A stretch of DNA of 62,538 bases, filler included, from Bipalium vagum (taxonomy: Eukaryota): assembly GCA_037834085.1 (NCBI GenBank). It is 3 parts of 3 records of this genome, joined end to end, with 100 filler letters (N's around TTAATTAATTAA, not from the genome) between each part and the next. Parts side by side here need not be neighbours in the genome. Positions count along the whole stretch, not along the records: positions 41,616 to 62,538 come from JBBMKC010244472.1; 2 more parts are not named here. One strand, 5' to 3'. The notes under the pieces were generated by a model. It was not told the origin of the DNA. It made no database searches and was given only the letters and a program-made list of their open reading frames with translations. Numbering within the stretch: position 1 is the stretch's first letter; each line of letters starts with the position of its first letter. The translations under genes and the position numbers were made by a program. Below, piece after piece: positions 50,001-62,538 of the stretch.

Positions 50001-53000
50001 GAATGGCTTAAAATTCCACAGGCTTATCTGGATAGTTTAATGAATAATATGCCTAGAAGAGTTAATGCAGTGAATGAAGCTGGAGGCGAGCACACCAAGT
50101 ATTAACTGTTATTTTATTTTTTTATTTTGTATATTTGAATAAATGAAGTATTTTGAGTTAAATATTGTATATTAATTATAAAGCATGATTAAGGCAAAGT
50201 AAAATTTATTATTCATTCTAATAAACAGTGGGAAAATAATTTTGTCAAAGAGTGCATATGAATAATGATAATAAAATAAAAAATTTCTGGCTCCCCATTT
50301 TACGTTAATTAGCCTATAATAATAATAATAAAAAAATAATCACAGTTAATCTTTATTTATCAATTTTTTTATAAATCAAAATGATAATACAAATCACAAT
50401 GCTATCCTGAAAACAATTAGAAGAGAAAAATCAAATGAAAGATTTTAAACCAAGTTCAGATAATTTCTCTTCACCACAATACGAATTAAAATTAATATAA
50501 CTATTTTATAAAAAAATCAAACAATAAAAGAAAATAAAATAAAATGTCTCTCACCGTGATCAAGCAATGGGTACCACTGTCGTTCATTAGGCCCTGTACG
50601 CTTGCCTAGGGATTCCCAAGTTCCACGGGAACCATTGAACAACCATGTTGTGACAAAACAAAAAAGAAAACTTACACTGCAAATAATTACTCCGGGAATT
50701 TTTTTCTTCCCAAATAAATATACAATTGCTTTCTTTTCTAAAACAAACTTTCGTATCCAAACTTAGGTTTGTAAAAGACATTTTATACCCGTCGACAATT
50801 AATCTCTTCTTGCCGAAGATCGAAATACCAACGGGATTATTTTTTTTGCCTTTGGTAATTCCAACAGTACTGATATTAAACATTAAAAGGAAATAAAAAT
50901 GTAAAGTAATGAAATTAATGTGTATATAATATTACTACTAATAGTATTAGAATATTATTAGTAATATATTATTATTTTAAAAAATAATATAATATCATTT
51001 TAGGAACACATTTTGAGATACGAAATTATTGGTAAGAAAATTCTAAATAAATTTTTATCAATTATAGAAAAAATTAGAAATATAAATTGAATCGAAATTA
51101 TTTAAATTGTGACTTTAATGCTAATAATAGAAATTTAAATATTATTATTGTTACCTCTTAATAACCAATTACATTTATTTTATATTAAATTATTTTTTAA
51201 AATTATAGAACTCAATTACTTGGTCAGTTAAGGGCTTCTGGATTTGTCAAGGCTAGGGGTAATGGTGATATAAGAGATCTTAACTATAATTCGGAAAATT
51301 GGGCAATTGTTAAGGCTGCAATAGTGTCTGGTCTTCCCAACAATTTTTTATTATTTAATAATTCACATGAAATACTGGTTGGAAACTCTAATGCAAAGGT
51401 ACTTCAAAAATAATTATAAAAAGATGATCAGTTTNNNNNNNNNNNNNNNNNNNNNNNNNNNNNNNNNNNNNNNNNNNNNNNNNNNNNNNNNNNNNNNNNN
51501 NNNNNNNNNNNNNNNNNNNNNNNNNNNNNNNNNNNNNNNNNNNNNNNNNNNNNNNNNNNNNNTCTTAAAATAATTTAAATTAAAAAATAAATAGTAACAA
51601 ATTTCTAAAAAATATTAAAGAAAAATAATTTACTTAATAAATTATTTGGAGTTAGATTCATTTTTCAAATTGAGGTTAATTTTTTTGTATTTATTACTAA
51701 AATGATGTATAATCATCGTCAAACATCTTAGTCAGGTGAAATATATTAAAAATAACGTGATGAGTTCATATAATTTCTGTTAAGCACATGAATTGAACGC
51801 AATTTATTTTAGAATAATTAACTAATTTATAATTTGTGTTTTTATACATCATTAAAATTAATTAAGAAATTTACAATGAGCGTGAGACATGAAACATACA
51901 AATTTGAGAGAGATCTTATTGTTGAGTTATTAGAAGCTAATTGTCGAAAGTTGAGGTAGCACAAAGAGTTGGGTGATCCAGATGTGTCATTCAGCGTATT
52001 TGGAAGAAATTAAATAAAACACATGTATGTGAAAACCTTCTCAGATCAGATAGATCGCCATTAACAAGCAATAGAGATGATGTTAGTCAGAACGATAAAA
52101 AACAATCGTTTAGTTCCATACAGATTGTTAGGTAATTATTATAAATTAAATAAGCTAAAAACCAAACAAAAATTATGTAGCAGCAAAGTTTCTGTTCCAT
52201 TATCTGCAGAAAAATTTAATAGACGTGGTCTACAATTTGACTTCCAATCTAAACGATCATTGTTGAGAATTCCTCTGTCACCGTCCCACAGATATTGCTG
52301 GTTACAATGGTTTAACAAACGAATAAATGAAGGAAAGATGTATTGGAGGGGTATTGTGTTTTTAGATGAGTCACACTATAACCTAGACTCTCATGATGGA
52401 AAAGTTTGAGTTCATCGCCGCTTTTTGAAAGGTTTAATGAAAAGTGCATTTCACAAAATGACTGCAATGGTAGAGGCAGTGTAATGGTATGAGACACTAT
52501 CGGTTTTTCGGACACTATGTTTTCCGATCTAGATTGATTTTTATTGAAGACATTTGAATGCTCAGCGATACTTTGATGAGATTTTAGATTTTGAAGTGTT
52601 TTCTTTGTTGCACGAAAATGCAAGACCAGATATCGAAATTATTTCGAAAATCGCTCTGGAAAAAGCCGGTATTGTAATGGCTTTCATGGCTGCCAAGATC
52701 TTCAGATTTGAATCCAATAGAACATGTGTGAGGCATCCTGAGCAAGCGATTGTCTTCAACATATGAATATCCACCAGCAACCATACAACTTTTTCAGCGC
52801 CTCAAAGAACAATGGAATGTTCATGTTTAATTGAATTGATGCCGAAAAGGATCAATGAATGCGCATCCAAAAAAGGCCACATTTGTTATTAGCAAATTCT
52901 TGTGAAAATGTTGATTGTTGATTATTAAATTTATCTGCCTAAGAGTTTTGACTATTAAAATATTTAAAAAGTTTATCATTCTATTATTAATAAAATGAAA

Positions 53001-56000
53001 AAAAAAACCATTTTTACATATTTTATATACAGATTTATCCTCATCCAACATCTGTCCTTCATAGTGGGTACTCGCCAGGGTTTTTACACCAATTTAACCA
53101 CTCTACAAATTTCTTCATATATGACAAATCAATAACTTCCCAAAATATATCAAATATAAATTGGAATGAATATAATTGTCTTAAAACTGACAATAAGAAC
53201 TTACAGGCAAAATTGATCACAATGGTGACACCAGTTACATTGGCTTTATTAGGACAAAATATTAACATAATTTCGGACTCAAACTCACACGGTTAGTTTT
53301 ATTTTCTAAAATACATTTTGATAAACATTTTAAAACATTGATTTTCTATCAGACTAGATAGGAAATACCAACTAAATATTCCTCAAAGACTCTGTAAAAG
53401 TTCTACGCTAAAAATCTTATCTTATGGAGCAATAAAAATAAAATTAATAGTTCCTGAATTCAAAATTTTGTAATTGTTGATTTTTATTAGTCTCACTGCT
53501 AAGACGTTACCTACTTGTTATCCTTGGGTTTGAGCTCACAAACTCCTGGGATAGTATAAATAATAGAAAAATAAATGAACGCAATTTTGTAACAAAAATT
53601 ATTTGTTTATCACAGCTACAAATTAATTAGTCTTCTATAATAAAATTTTTATTATTATTATTATTAAATTAAAAAGACGATAAATGTAGAAAACTTTTGT
53701 TAAAAGTATGTATTCTGTCGCTTAAAGAGTACCAAAATCAAAAATGTATACTGAATAAATAAGAAAATATTTAATCTACTATTAATTATTTATTTTCGAT
53801 TTAACGAAATAAATAGAATTTTTTGAACTTTTTTATGTTTTACCTTTATCTGCATATTAATTGCGTTATTTATTGCAATGTTTGTTTCATTGGTTTCTAA
53901 GCTACCCAATTTCAAGATTTGATCAACTTGATTAATAATTTGTAAAGAAAATCTGTGTAAGTTTAAACTGATACTTCTAATTTTAGAAGGAATTTAATAA
54001 ACTTAACAACCTAGTAGTGTTATTAACGTTTTAAATTCAGTAATTTACAATTTTAAATAGATAATTTTTGTTAAAATTGTTGTACTACAGTAAAACCTGC
54101 GAGAGTCGGAAATGGAAGGGACCAAGAATTTTTTATTTATCTGGGATGTATTTACAATATTAAATTACTAATTTTACTTTAAAGTTATTTTTAATCAAAC
54201 TATTTTGTTTTTTTGTAATATTTTGCATTTGCATAAAACCAAATAAATATAGCAATGCCTTCTCATGCACAAGCAATATATCAGATAACGAACTAAGTTT
54301 TTTCGTTTTTTCAGTTGCTTAAATTTGCTAGCTCCTGGGATTCTCATTTATCTACAGATTTAAATTTTCTTTGTTTTAGTTTACTGCTTAAACATGTGAG
54401 TTTCAAATTTACTGTTATAATTAATGGAATTAACCAGTATCCTCTGGAATAGGTGCTCCAAAAGTTCGCTGGACAAATCAAAAATTCGAGCAATTATTTA
54501 TTACGAAAGGAAATATAACACAAACACAAATGAAACTGTCTCAAAACTTAACGAGATGCTTAGTGAAGGAACAATGCAACTGCGAACAGTACAAAATTGG
54601 TTCAAAAATTCAATAGTGGGTATTTTTCATTGGAAGACAAAAAGAAGTCTGAAAGGCCAAAAGAATTGGAGGATTATCAAATTATGGACCTTCTTGAACA
54701 AAACAGATCAATTAGTGCTAAACAAATCGCTTCTGAGTTAAATATAGGCGATACAGCCATAAGAAACGGACTGAAAGCGTTAGGATTCACTTGTAAACTC
54801 CACAAATGGGTTCCCTACAAATTTTTTCAAGACTTCTCGAAAGAAACCGAAATGATCCTTTTCTCGATCTAATAGTCATGACAACTCTATCACGACAACA
54901 TAACCAAATGAAGATCGTGATCGTTGAAAGGAGAGCTTCCGCAAAAATTGAAAAACGCACGAAACAAAGTTCTTTTATGCATTTGGTGGGTCTCTCGTGG
55001 AATTATTTATCAGGAGTTTCTGTAATCCGGGAAACCATTAATTCTGATGTCTATTGTGACATGCTAAGAAGAGTTCATGCCATTATGAAGGAAAACCGGA
55101 GTAGTTTGATAAACCGAAAACAAGTGATTTTCCACCAAGATAATGCCAAACCTCAGACGCCAATAAAGACATTGAAGGTTATTCAGGTATTGAACTGGAC
55201 TCTAATGGAACATCCGCCATATAGTCCCGATATCGCTCCATCCGATTTTTATTTGTTCCGAGTATTACAGAATCAGTTGATGGGTAAACATTTTAAGAGT
55301 TCCAAAGGTATAAAGAATGAAGTGTTTTTTCTTTCATTCAAAAGATTGAGATTTCTTTAATACTGGGATCAATAAACCTTTAAATAGATGGGAGGCAGTA
55401 ATAGAAAAAGATCGGGAATATCTCGATGATTAACTGTTTAATAATGTTTTATGATTAATAAATTAAATTTAACTTCAGTCTTAGTTTAGTTTTTAATTAA
55501 AAAACGAAAAAAGCTTAGTTCTTTACCTGATAAAATTAAATATAAAATATTGTTAGTTATCAGCTATAGAATATTGATCCCGAGCTTTGGAAACCCCATC
55601 ATCTCAGACGACTTGAATTCAGTTACTTTTGGGTTCTACTTTGGATAATCTGATGGTTCAGACAATTTATAGTTTTATATTAACAGTGTAATAATTTTTA
55701 CTTTAATTTTAATAAAATATCAAAAAAATTATACAACATTAAGAAACAGATTATTTTATAATAAATATTTTGAAGAATCTGTAAAAAATCTAAATTTGAT
55801 CATATAATTTTTATAAAACTTTAGGATATTTTAATTCAGACTCCTTCAAAGAATCAAGTACGACGAAAACTGAGTCAGAAAACTCTGCTTGCCCTTTCGA
55901 TAGAGAAATTAATTTGGAATTCAAGGGTGATGAAGAGCTTTGTCAGTTAATTATAAAGTTACGACAAAAATGGCAATTTCTTGTTATGAGAAAATTGAAA

Positions 56001-59000
56001 AATCCAACTAAACAGTCAACCCCACAAGATGAAGTTATATTTTTTAAAAAATTGTTTTAAAAATAAAAGATTATAAATCATTTATATAATTGATTTATTT
56101 TAAATAAAATAGTTTTAAAACATTTTTTTTAAAATTAAATTTGACATTTGTATGTAAGTTATATAACGTAAAAATAATAGCAGTAAATTAATTATTTTAT
56201 TAAATTTATAAAAATTTTAACAAGCATATTATTTGAAAAAATCCTAACTCATTTCGTATTGCAATATGTTGGATAATCTGAAAATATTGAGTTAGCAAGA
56301 AATGTTGTGCACTACTTAAGATATAATCAAAATATTTTATTGACAAAATAATTTTAATCAATTATATGTTCACAATTATTAATAATTGTCTTTCTCCATC
56401 TTTCCGTCATAATTCTTGCTGCAGCGTTCGTAGAACCCCTGGGGATTTTTGGCAAAAAAGTGTCAATGTGTCTTTGAATGTTTTCCCATCTAAGGAAATC
56501 TGCAGCGACCGAAACAGATAATAATCGGTAGGAGCCAAGTCCGGTGAGTATGGAGGATGAGGCAAAACATCTCATCCAAGGGCTAATAATTTTTACCAGT
56601 GACCAAAGATATGAAGCCTGGGATTGTTATGTTTGTAGACAACACCCTTTCGATTTGCCAATCTTGGACGCTTTTTGTGGATTGCATTGTTCACCTGTTT
56701 CAGTTGGGAGCAAAACACATCATAATTAATCGTTTGGTAAGATGATAACAGCTCGTAATAAATTACACCTTTAAAATCCCATCAAACAGAAATCATGATA
56801 TTCTTGGGGTACATTCCTACCTTTGGTGACAATTTTGGTGGCTCACCAGGTTGGCCCCACGACCTTCTGCGTACCACATTGTAATAGACAATCAACTTTA
56901 CATCACTGGTAAGCAATTGTTTCAAGAATGGATGATTTTCTTGACGTTTCAATTGATATACGTGACAATAAATTGACCTCCGACGTTGAGTCGCGAAAAA
57001 AATCTCAGATTACACAGAGTACTTTCTACCGTTTTATGCGATGTCTTTAGTATCATTGTGATTTTCCGAATCATGTTCGACGGATTCCTACTGTTAATAG
57101 ACTTAATAGCATTTAGATCAATGTGAGATGGCATCCTGAGAGGGATGCATCGTTCATACCGAATTATTTATAACTGAATTTTGGTAAACATTTTTTGGCA
57201 TTCTCGTATTAATAAAGTATTATCTCCATGTACTTTACATATTTTCCTATGTGCATTCGAGACTCGCTTACCTTTTTAAAATTAATATAAAATTTAAAAA
57301 TAATATAATACAAACTTTTTTCAAAATGAAACAAAATATGACGAAAATGCAGTTTTTTTGTTGCATAATGATATTTATTATCGCATAAGAATAATATATT
57401 ATTTAAACAACAACTGAATGATTAATTTATGAAAATTTAATTTACAAAGTCCAATATTAAAAAGCTTACAAACTTCATTGCCAACCAGAGATATTGTATA
57501 ATAAAGAAAATTTATCAATAAATCATTAAAATATTTAAATCTTAAAAAATAAAAATTATGTCATTTCGATTCTTGCATCAATAATCAATCCAATCAAAAT
57601 TGTCTTAGACCACAATAGAATCTTTTAGCGAAATATCTAATTACCGAATTACCTTTGCTTTTTTGAAAAAAATTCACACATTCCAGTATATAATTTATGA
57701 TATCCTTCACATCAAGTGATTTCATTTTGTACAGTGCTAGTACGCTGATCTTTTGCTTTAATAGCTTCGAAACTTCGTAATACTACTGATTTAGATCAGC
57801 AAACATAAGAAATTTTCAGTGGATTAAAACAAGGTCGTTATTTATTCCATAATATGCTTCTGGTTTTAAAAACAGGCTTGTGTAAATCGCTATTACTATT
57901 AAATTTTGCCAGAATTCACTATAATAAAATGTCTTATAATATTCGATTCATACTAAAATTGACAAGTAGTTTGAACGGATCTATTATATTAATCAAATAT
58001 TATGAATTTAAACAATATATGTTTCCATTTCATATTACTTACTAATATTTTTAAAATTATTTCTTTAATTGTCAAAGGAAGCTTAAACATTTTTAAATAG
58101 GTGATTCTAAGAACCCTTGTAAACGTATTAACCTTGGAAGAACAGTCTTACGGTCTAAAACAACCTTATGGTGTTGGTGCCAGACCTAGACCAATGGCAC
58201 CTGAATATTGCAATCTGAATGATGATACTTATACAAACTATAGCAAATCAAATGTATCTAGTGAAACAATTACATTGGAGTATTCAAGAAATACTTTGAT
58301 AAATGACAAACTGATTCCGGTTATTCAAAGTACATTTATTAATTAATAAATTAATTGAAATACATTTTTCAGTTGACACTAAGTCTCTATCCAAATTGGA
58401 AATGATGAAATCTCCAGTTAAAGATCCTAAGGAAATATGGGTTAATTTTAGAAATTGAATATTTTTTTAAATTTGTACAAATTAAAACTCATTATCAAAT
58501 ATAAATATCTGTTAAGTTACCTTAATTTTTTCTAAATTTTATTAAGGCACTGGAAAATATACATTATTTTTTAACCTTCTTTTGAGTTCACTCAATACAT
58601 CTGTCTATCTGGTTATAGTCCAATTTTAAGGACCAACCTCGGTGTATTAATCCTTTCAAAAGACCATTTTTATACTTAACGAGAGAAAACTTTAAATCAT
58701 GATAGTGATATCATTTGAAGATAAGGAAGAAGAATATTAAAATTAACTGAAGAAGATCTGAATCAAAAGGTCGAAACATGTATCAAGATAGAATTAAAAA
58801 TAAAATTTTGTGCTCAAAATTTTTTTCAAAAAGCGTGTATTTGAAAAAAAATTATCTTTTAATTTTACATGAACACTAACCAATAAATAACAAGCTTTTT
58901 ATAATCGTCAGTAAAAAATAATAAACTTTAATAATAATAATAATAAACTTTAATAATGATAAATATTTTGACCGCTTCTGCAACTTTCTGACTTCAATAA

Positions 59001-59698
59001 AGATAAAATACTAATAAGTGGCGAAAATGGAATGTTTGATAAACTTAGAATTTCTATTCAAAAAATGACAAAAACTGTAATGTTCTTTGGCAGTACAGAA
59101 AAAATATATTTCAAATAAATGATACTGTAAAACAAAACATAACATAATAAAATCACGAAAATTTATGTTACAACCTAATATTTTCAACCAAAAGTTTATA
59201 TTTATCTATGGTTATTTATGAACCGTAATAAAAATTAATATTTATTAAGAATAATTCATTGGTGACAATCGAAAAATGCAAAATTCTTAATTGTGGAGCG
59301 AGTCACTTTTTCATTATTAAATTACTACACGATAATGAAATGAGCGGTATCTTAAATTCTCAGACCTACAAAGTTAACGCAAGCCTAAAATTACAAATAG
59401 AACATTTACTTTTGGTATGGGTACATTAAATATTAATAATTTAAAATTCAATTTATTTTAGAATGGATTTACAATTTATTTCATTTTCATAAATGGTTCT
59501 AATAGTGTCATGTTGGGATATGCAAGAATACTTCAAGTTATCTATCCCGAAGCAACGAATTCCAAGCAAATCATGAATACTATTGAAAACCCTCAACATA
59601 ATCTTAACAGAAATCAAATATTTTCACTTAGCCTTGATGTATATCCAGACAAATTACATGTAATACATTTTGATATTTTATTCATATATTACACTTAA
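44079..59698 (+). CDS. YTHDC2: YTHDC2-family RNA helicase-like protein, 5'-incomplete (RecA2, WH/HA2, OB, eroded YTH)
   Basis: Exons about 44079-44175, 44221-44308, 46414-46494, 46539-46621, 46664-46769, 46811-46930, 47498-47663, ~47718-47825, 47869-47963, 51209-51398, 53033-53291, 55840-56033, 58101-58329, 58374-58440, 59250-59414 and 59462-59659/59698. Diagnostic stretches: WQKSRAEGWENTFCQKNYLS..TQLLGQLRASGFVKARGNGDIRDLNYNSENWAIVKAA and LTLEEQSYGLKQPYGVGARPRPM. 3' end uncertain. Confidence 0.9.
44973..45213. mobile_element. piggyBac-type MITE
   Basis: TTAA|CCCTTTCGCTGC .. GCAGCGAAAAGG|TTAA. Confidence 0.85.
45270..46350 (-). mobile_element. Tc1-family transposon relic (intronic)
   Basis: VTVHTVQRRLNELG..PLKKPKLT, CFSDDSIFE, WSGNSQDLNQIENIWSIMK. 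Confidence 0.88.
48200..48985 (-). mobile_element. mariner relic (intronic)
   Basis: HTH-like ORF 48660-48950 and downstream PRYSSDILPCDYDCFCQLK (a YSPDLxPCDY remnant). Confidence 0.65.
48994..50256 (+). mobile_element. Tc1 element with ~70-bp TIRs (intronic, inactive)
   Basis: tgcattctttgaaaaaattatttacccactg.. / ..cagtgggaaaataattttgtcaaagagtgca; FQHDNSPAY and WPARSPDLNPIENVL (DD34E). Confidence 0.92.
51435..51562. other. Sized assembly gap
   Basis: 128 N with no spacer sequence, inside a YTHDC2 intron. Confidence 0.95.
51860..52900 (+). mobile_element. Tc1 relic (intronic)
   Basis: ERDLIVELLEAN, WRGIVFLDESHYNL, LHENARP and PRSSDLNPIEHV motifs, frameshifted. Confidence 0.85.
54281..55530 (+). 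mobile_element. Full-length mariner (DD34D) element, frameshifted
   Basis: TIRs tcagataacgaactaagttttttcgtttttt / aaaaaacgaaaaaagcttagttctttacctga flanked by TA; WVPYK, FHQDNAKP, HPPYSPDIAPSDFYLF. Confidence 0.93.
56265..57490 (-). mobile_element. Decayed mariner element
   Basis: LLTSDVKLIVYYNVVRRRSWGQPGEP, SILTGLGSYRLLS (a shifted YSPDLAPTDY), ERWRKTIINNCEHIID; TIR-like ends. Confidence 0.8.
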
Positions 59699-60264
59699 AT
59701 TCTAATAAATTTTAATTCAAAATAATCAAAACAATGTTTTTCAATGTCTTTTTCTATAATCTCAGACGATATTTTTCTTCTTTTCAACCATAACTCAACC
59801 TATAATTCAAAAAAATAATGTTTTTGGCAATGAAAAAATAACTAATCCCCATAATATCTTGTTTTTCAGTTCGTATAAGACTGCCAACTATGACCGATCC
59901 TTACTTTCTGACTTTTAAATAACTATTTTGATCTCTCTAGCCCTATCTGCGGTCTTTCTTAATCTGGACGAGATAAAGTTACGATAAATTATTATTATTA
60001 TTTATTTTTTTTAAACTATTAATAATATTAATACTTAGACCTTTTTCTGTCTTCATGAGTGGTGTCTATACCATTCCAAGAAAATATTTTAAAAAATGAT
60101 TTGATATATAAGAATTTTAAGATTTTTCAATTGATATTTAGTCTTATTTAATTAATGTCAAAATTCAGTAATAAATTATAAATCTTATAATTATCTATTA
60201 CTTATTATTGTTCAGTAATAAAAATAAAATGTAATATATAATTCATAATATTTTATTTTATAGA

Positions 60265-61160
60265 ATAAGATTGGTGACAAAAACTCTGCCATTGGATATA
60301 AATAATGAATATTATTGTAGTATTTATTTGAAAAATTAGGATTGAGTTTTCAATTTAAATAAATTTTTGTTGTGTTTAATTAATTTGATAAGTTTATTAC
60401 TATTCTTATTTTATGAATCAAAATTAAAATAAAAATTTTTGAAAGTAGAACGTAATTTATCTTGTTTGAACACAATGAAAAAATTGAGAAATAAATAAGA
60501 AGATGAATAATAATTTAATTACATTTTGGATATGATCAAAAACTAAAAAAATATTGCCACACTATTTTACCGAAAATAATAAAAAAAATTTTGCTGCAGG
60601 CAATTTCGCCTAAATCAAAAAACCCAAGATTATAATGAACAATTTTATTACAGAATCATCAGGATTGACTAGAATGATTTATTTCAGATCCATAGAAAAC
60701 CAAGAATAAAATAAAACAGATATTTTCATATGATCATGACCTGGGTGGAATTTTGCGAGTTTGGGTCGTTTTATAATACTCTTGAAGAATAATATTGTTG
60801 ATAACAATCTCAAAGTTTTCGAAATTTCTAATAATCAGGTTATTTATCACAAAAGTTCTATTCAACAATATAAAGTCATCATACTGGATCATGCTTCAGA
60901 TCACATACATCACCAATATCTAGGTATCTTCAAAGACCTTATGTGGGAAGTTCTTCAACACCTGTTACTAAATGGTGTATTTCAGTTTTAAGTATTCAAA
61001 GACATGAAACTCATTAAATGTTCTAAATAATTTTTTGAAAATTCGGAAAAAAAATTGTTTAGTTCATTATTATTTACTGTTTATAACAGGATAAAATTTC
61101 ATATCTACACTAAATCCAAATAATATTTTTATAAAAAAAATATTTTTAAACCCGCTTTTT
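60265..61160 (+). mobile_element. Highly decayed mariner-like relic
   Basis: TIR-like taagattggtgacaaaaac; IILDHASDH..LMWEVLQH remnant. Confidence 0.45.
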
Positions 61161-62538
61161 AATATATTAATAAAACTCTCTCTAAAGATGTTTTTAAAAT
61201 ATTTAGAGAGAAAATGATAAAAATGCAATAAATGATTATATATTTACAGAAAGAAAAAAGTTACATTATTTGATAAAGTTAATGAAAAAAATAAAAATGT
61301 TAAAAAAAATTTGGATTTTTACAATTGCATAATAGAATTATTTATAATATATAGGAAGAAATTACATTTACAAAAATTGATATAAATAAAGAAATATTCA
61401 TGGAAAAATTTGAGAATTTTAGTTGAAAGTAGTAGATATAAAATTGTTAATTCCAGAAAAAATTTAAATCTAAAATTAGAATTAAATTATTTAAAAGAAT
61501 TGAAGATGAGCAACCAATATAATTTTTATGTAGACATTGTGAAGAAAGAGATTAACAGAGGTATAAGCCATGCTTTAAAATTATTTAATGTTCCTAATAA
61601 ACCAATTTATATTTTGATTTTTGAGAAACTGTATTTGATTTTAATAAAATTAATAGTTGCTTATTCAAGATTAAAAGTTTAATAGTTCGAGTTAATAATT
61701 CATATTATCCTTTAAATTCTATACATACTGAAAAGGTAAAAATAATATAACATATTCGAATTATGTAAAAGCATGTAATGTTTAATAATAATCCTCAATT
61801 ACGCTTATGTAATTTCAAAATTCATATTCTATATTTTCTTATTTCATATTTCTATCAGTATATTCATAAATAAATAAATTTATTACGAAATTAAATATTA
61901 TATTAAGGATTTCTATAATAATTAAATTAGCGAAAATAAACAAATTAATTCTAAATACAATTGATAAAGTGAGTTCATTAAATATTAAGAAATGGAACAA
62001 TAGTAATAATAGATTAAATAAGGACCTCGTGTATTTATGATTACAATCATAAAAATGTATTAATTAATTAATTTATTGGATTTTAATTACACATCAGCTT
62101 GATTAAATCAATTTTGACGAATTGTGCATTGAGGCATATCACCATGAGCTAACTCCATCATAAAACCATGGGGTCAATGGAGTCAGATGAGCTAAGTGAT
62201 GTCAGCTATGTAAAAGGACATCATTCACTGCATATTATGTTATTTATAGTATGTGACATCATTTAAATATCCTATAATAAAAAGTTCTGTAAATTCCCAG
62301 ACGAAACCTAGTAAAATCAGGAATAAAGTGACAATTGTTTAAGAACAAGATTGAAATATATAAGAACTAATCGATTCAAACTGCTAATATATTTTTTTAT
62401 TTATTTCTTGCAATAAATCTAAACCCGAACTAGTCGATAGTTCTTATATCTTACCTTCAAATTTGTTGGCGCAAACCTGCCCCCTAGCGTATCTGACCTT
62501 AACTAAGGTTGCTATGGGCTTAACTATTGAGCTCGCAC

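Noticed and set aside
53059-53268. Minus-strand 69-aa ORF with an apparent splice donor
   Set aside because: The plus strand is a clear YTHDC2 exon (IYPHPTSVL..FIYDK..VTPVTLAL).
59870-60080. Possible extra exons on either strand after YTHDC2
   Set aside because: No consistent open spliced frame could be built.
1-62538. CRISPR array, tRNA/rRNA genes or prokaryotic operons
   Set aside because: No repeat-spacer array or structural RNA recognised; the sequence is spliceosomal-intron-containing animal DNA.

Overview
AT-rich, intron-containing animal (invertebrate-like) genomic DNA with many 40-55 nt introns. The window is three contigs joined by two artificial 100-bp spacers (44N-TTAATTAATTAA-44N at 23244-23343 and 41516-41615), so adjacency across them is unproven. 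Host genes rebuilt by hand-splicing: a compact N4BP1/KHNYN/Regnase-family NYN ribonuclease (minus, 941-2461), splicing factor 1 (12335-14603), an orphan 6-Cys secreted peptide (17949-18155), the last two exons of a Mint/X11/LIN-10 gene (minus), a DHX9/Maleless-family gene (23754 to ~30400) and the 3' part of a YTHDC2 gene (44079 to ~59700). Both DEAH/RHA helicase genes have open spliced frames but degenerate catalytic motifs. DHX9-like: DEIH->DDFN, SAT->GVS, QRxGRAGR->QRRSRACY, plus a novel tail. YTHDC2-like: motif VI HRASRANN and an eroded YTH domain. They look like maintained pseudo-helicases and are the strongest novelty candidates. The rest is a transposon graveyard: a decayed Polinton/adintovirus-like element (adenain protease, pPolB), Gypsy fragments, and mariner, Tc1, DD37E, pogo/Tigger, Merlin, hAT and piggyBac relics. 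Family assignments come from recalled motifs, not database searches.
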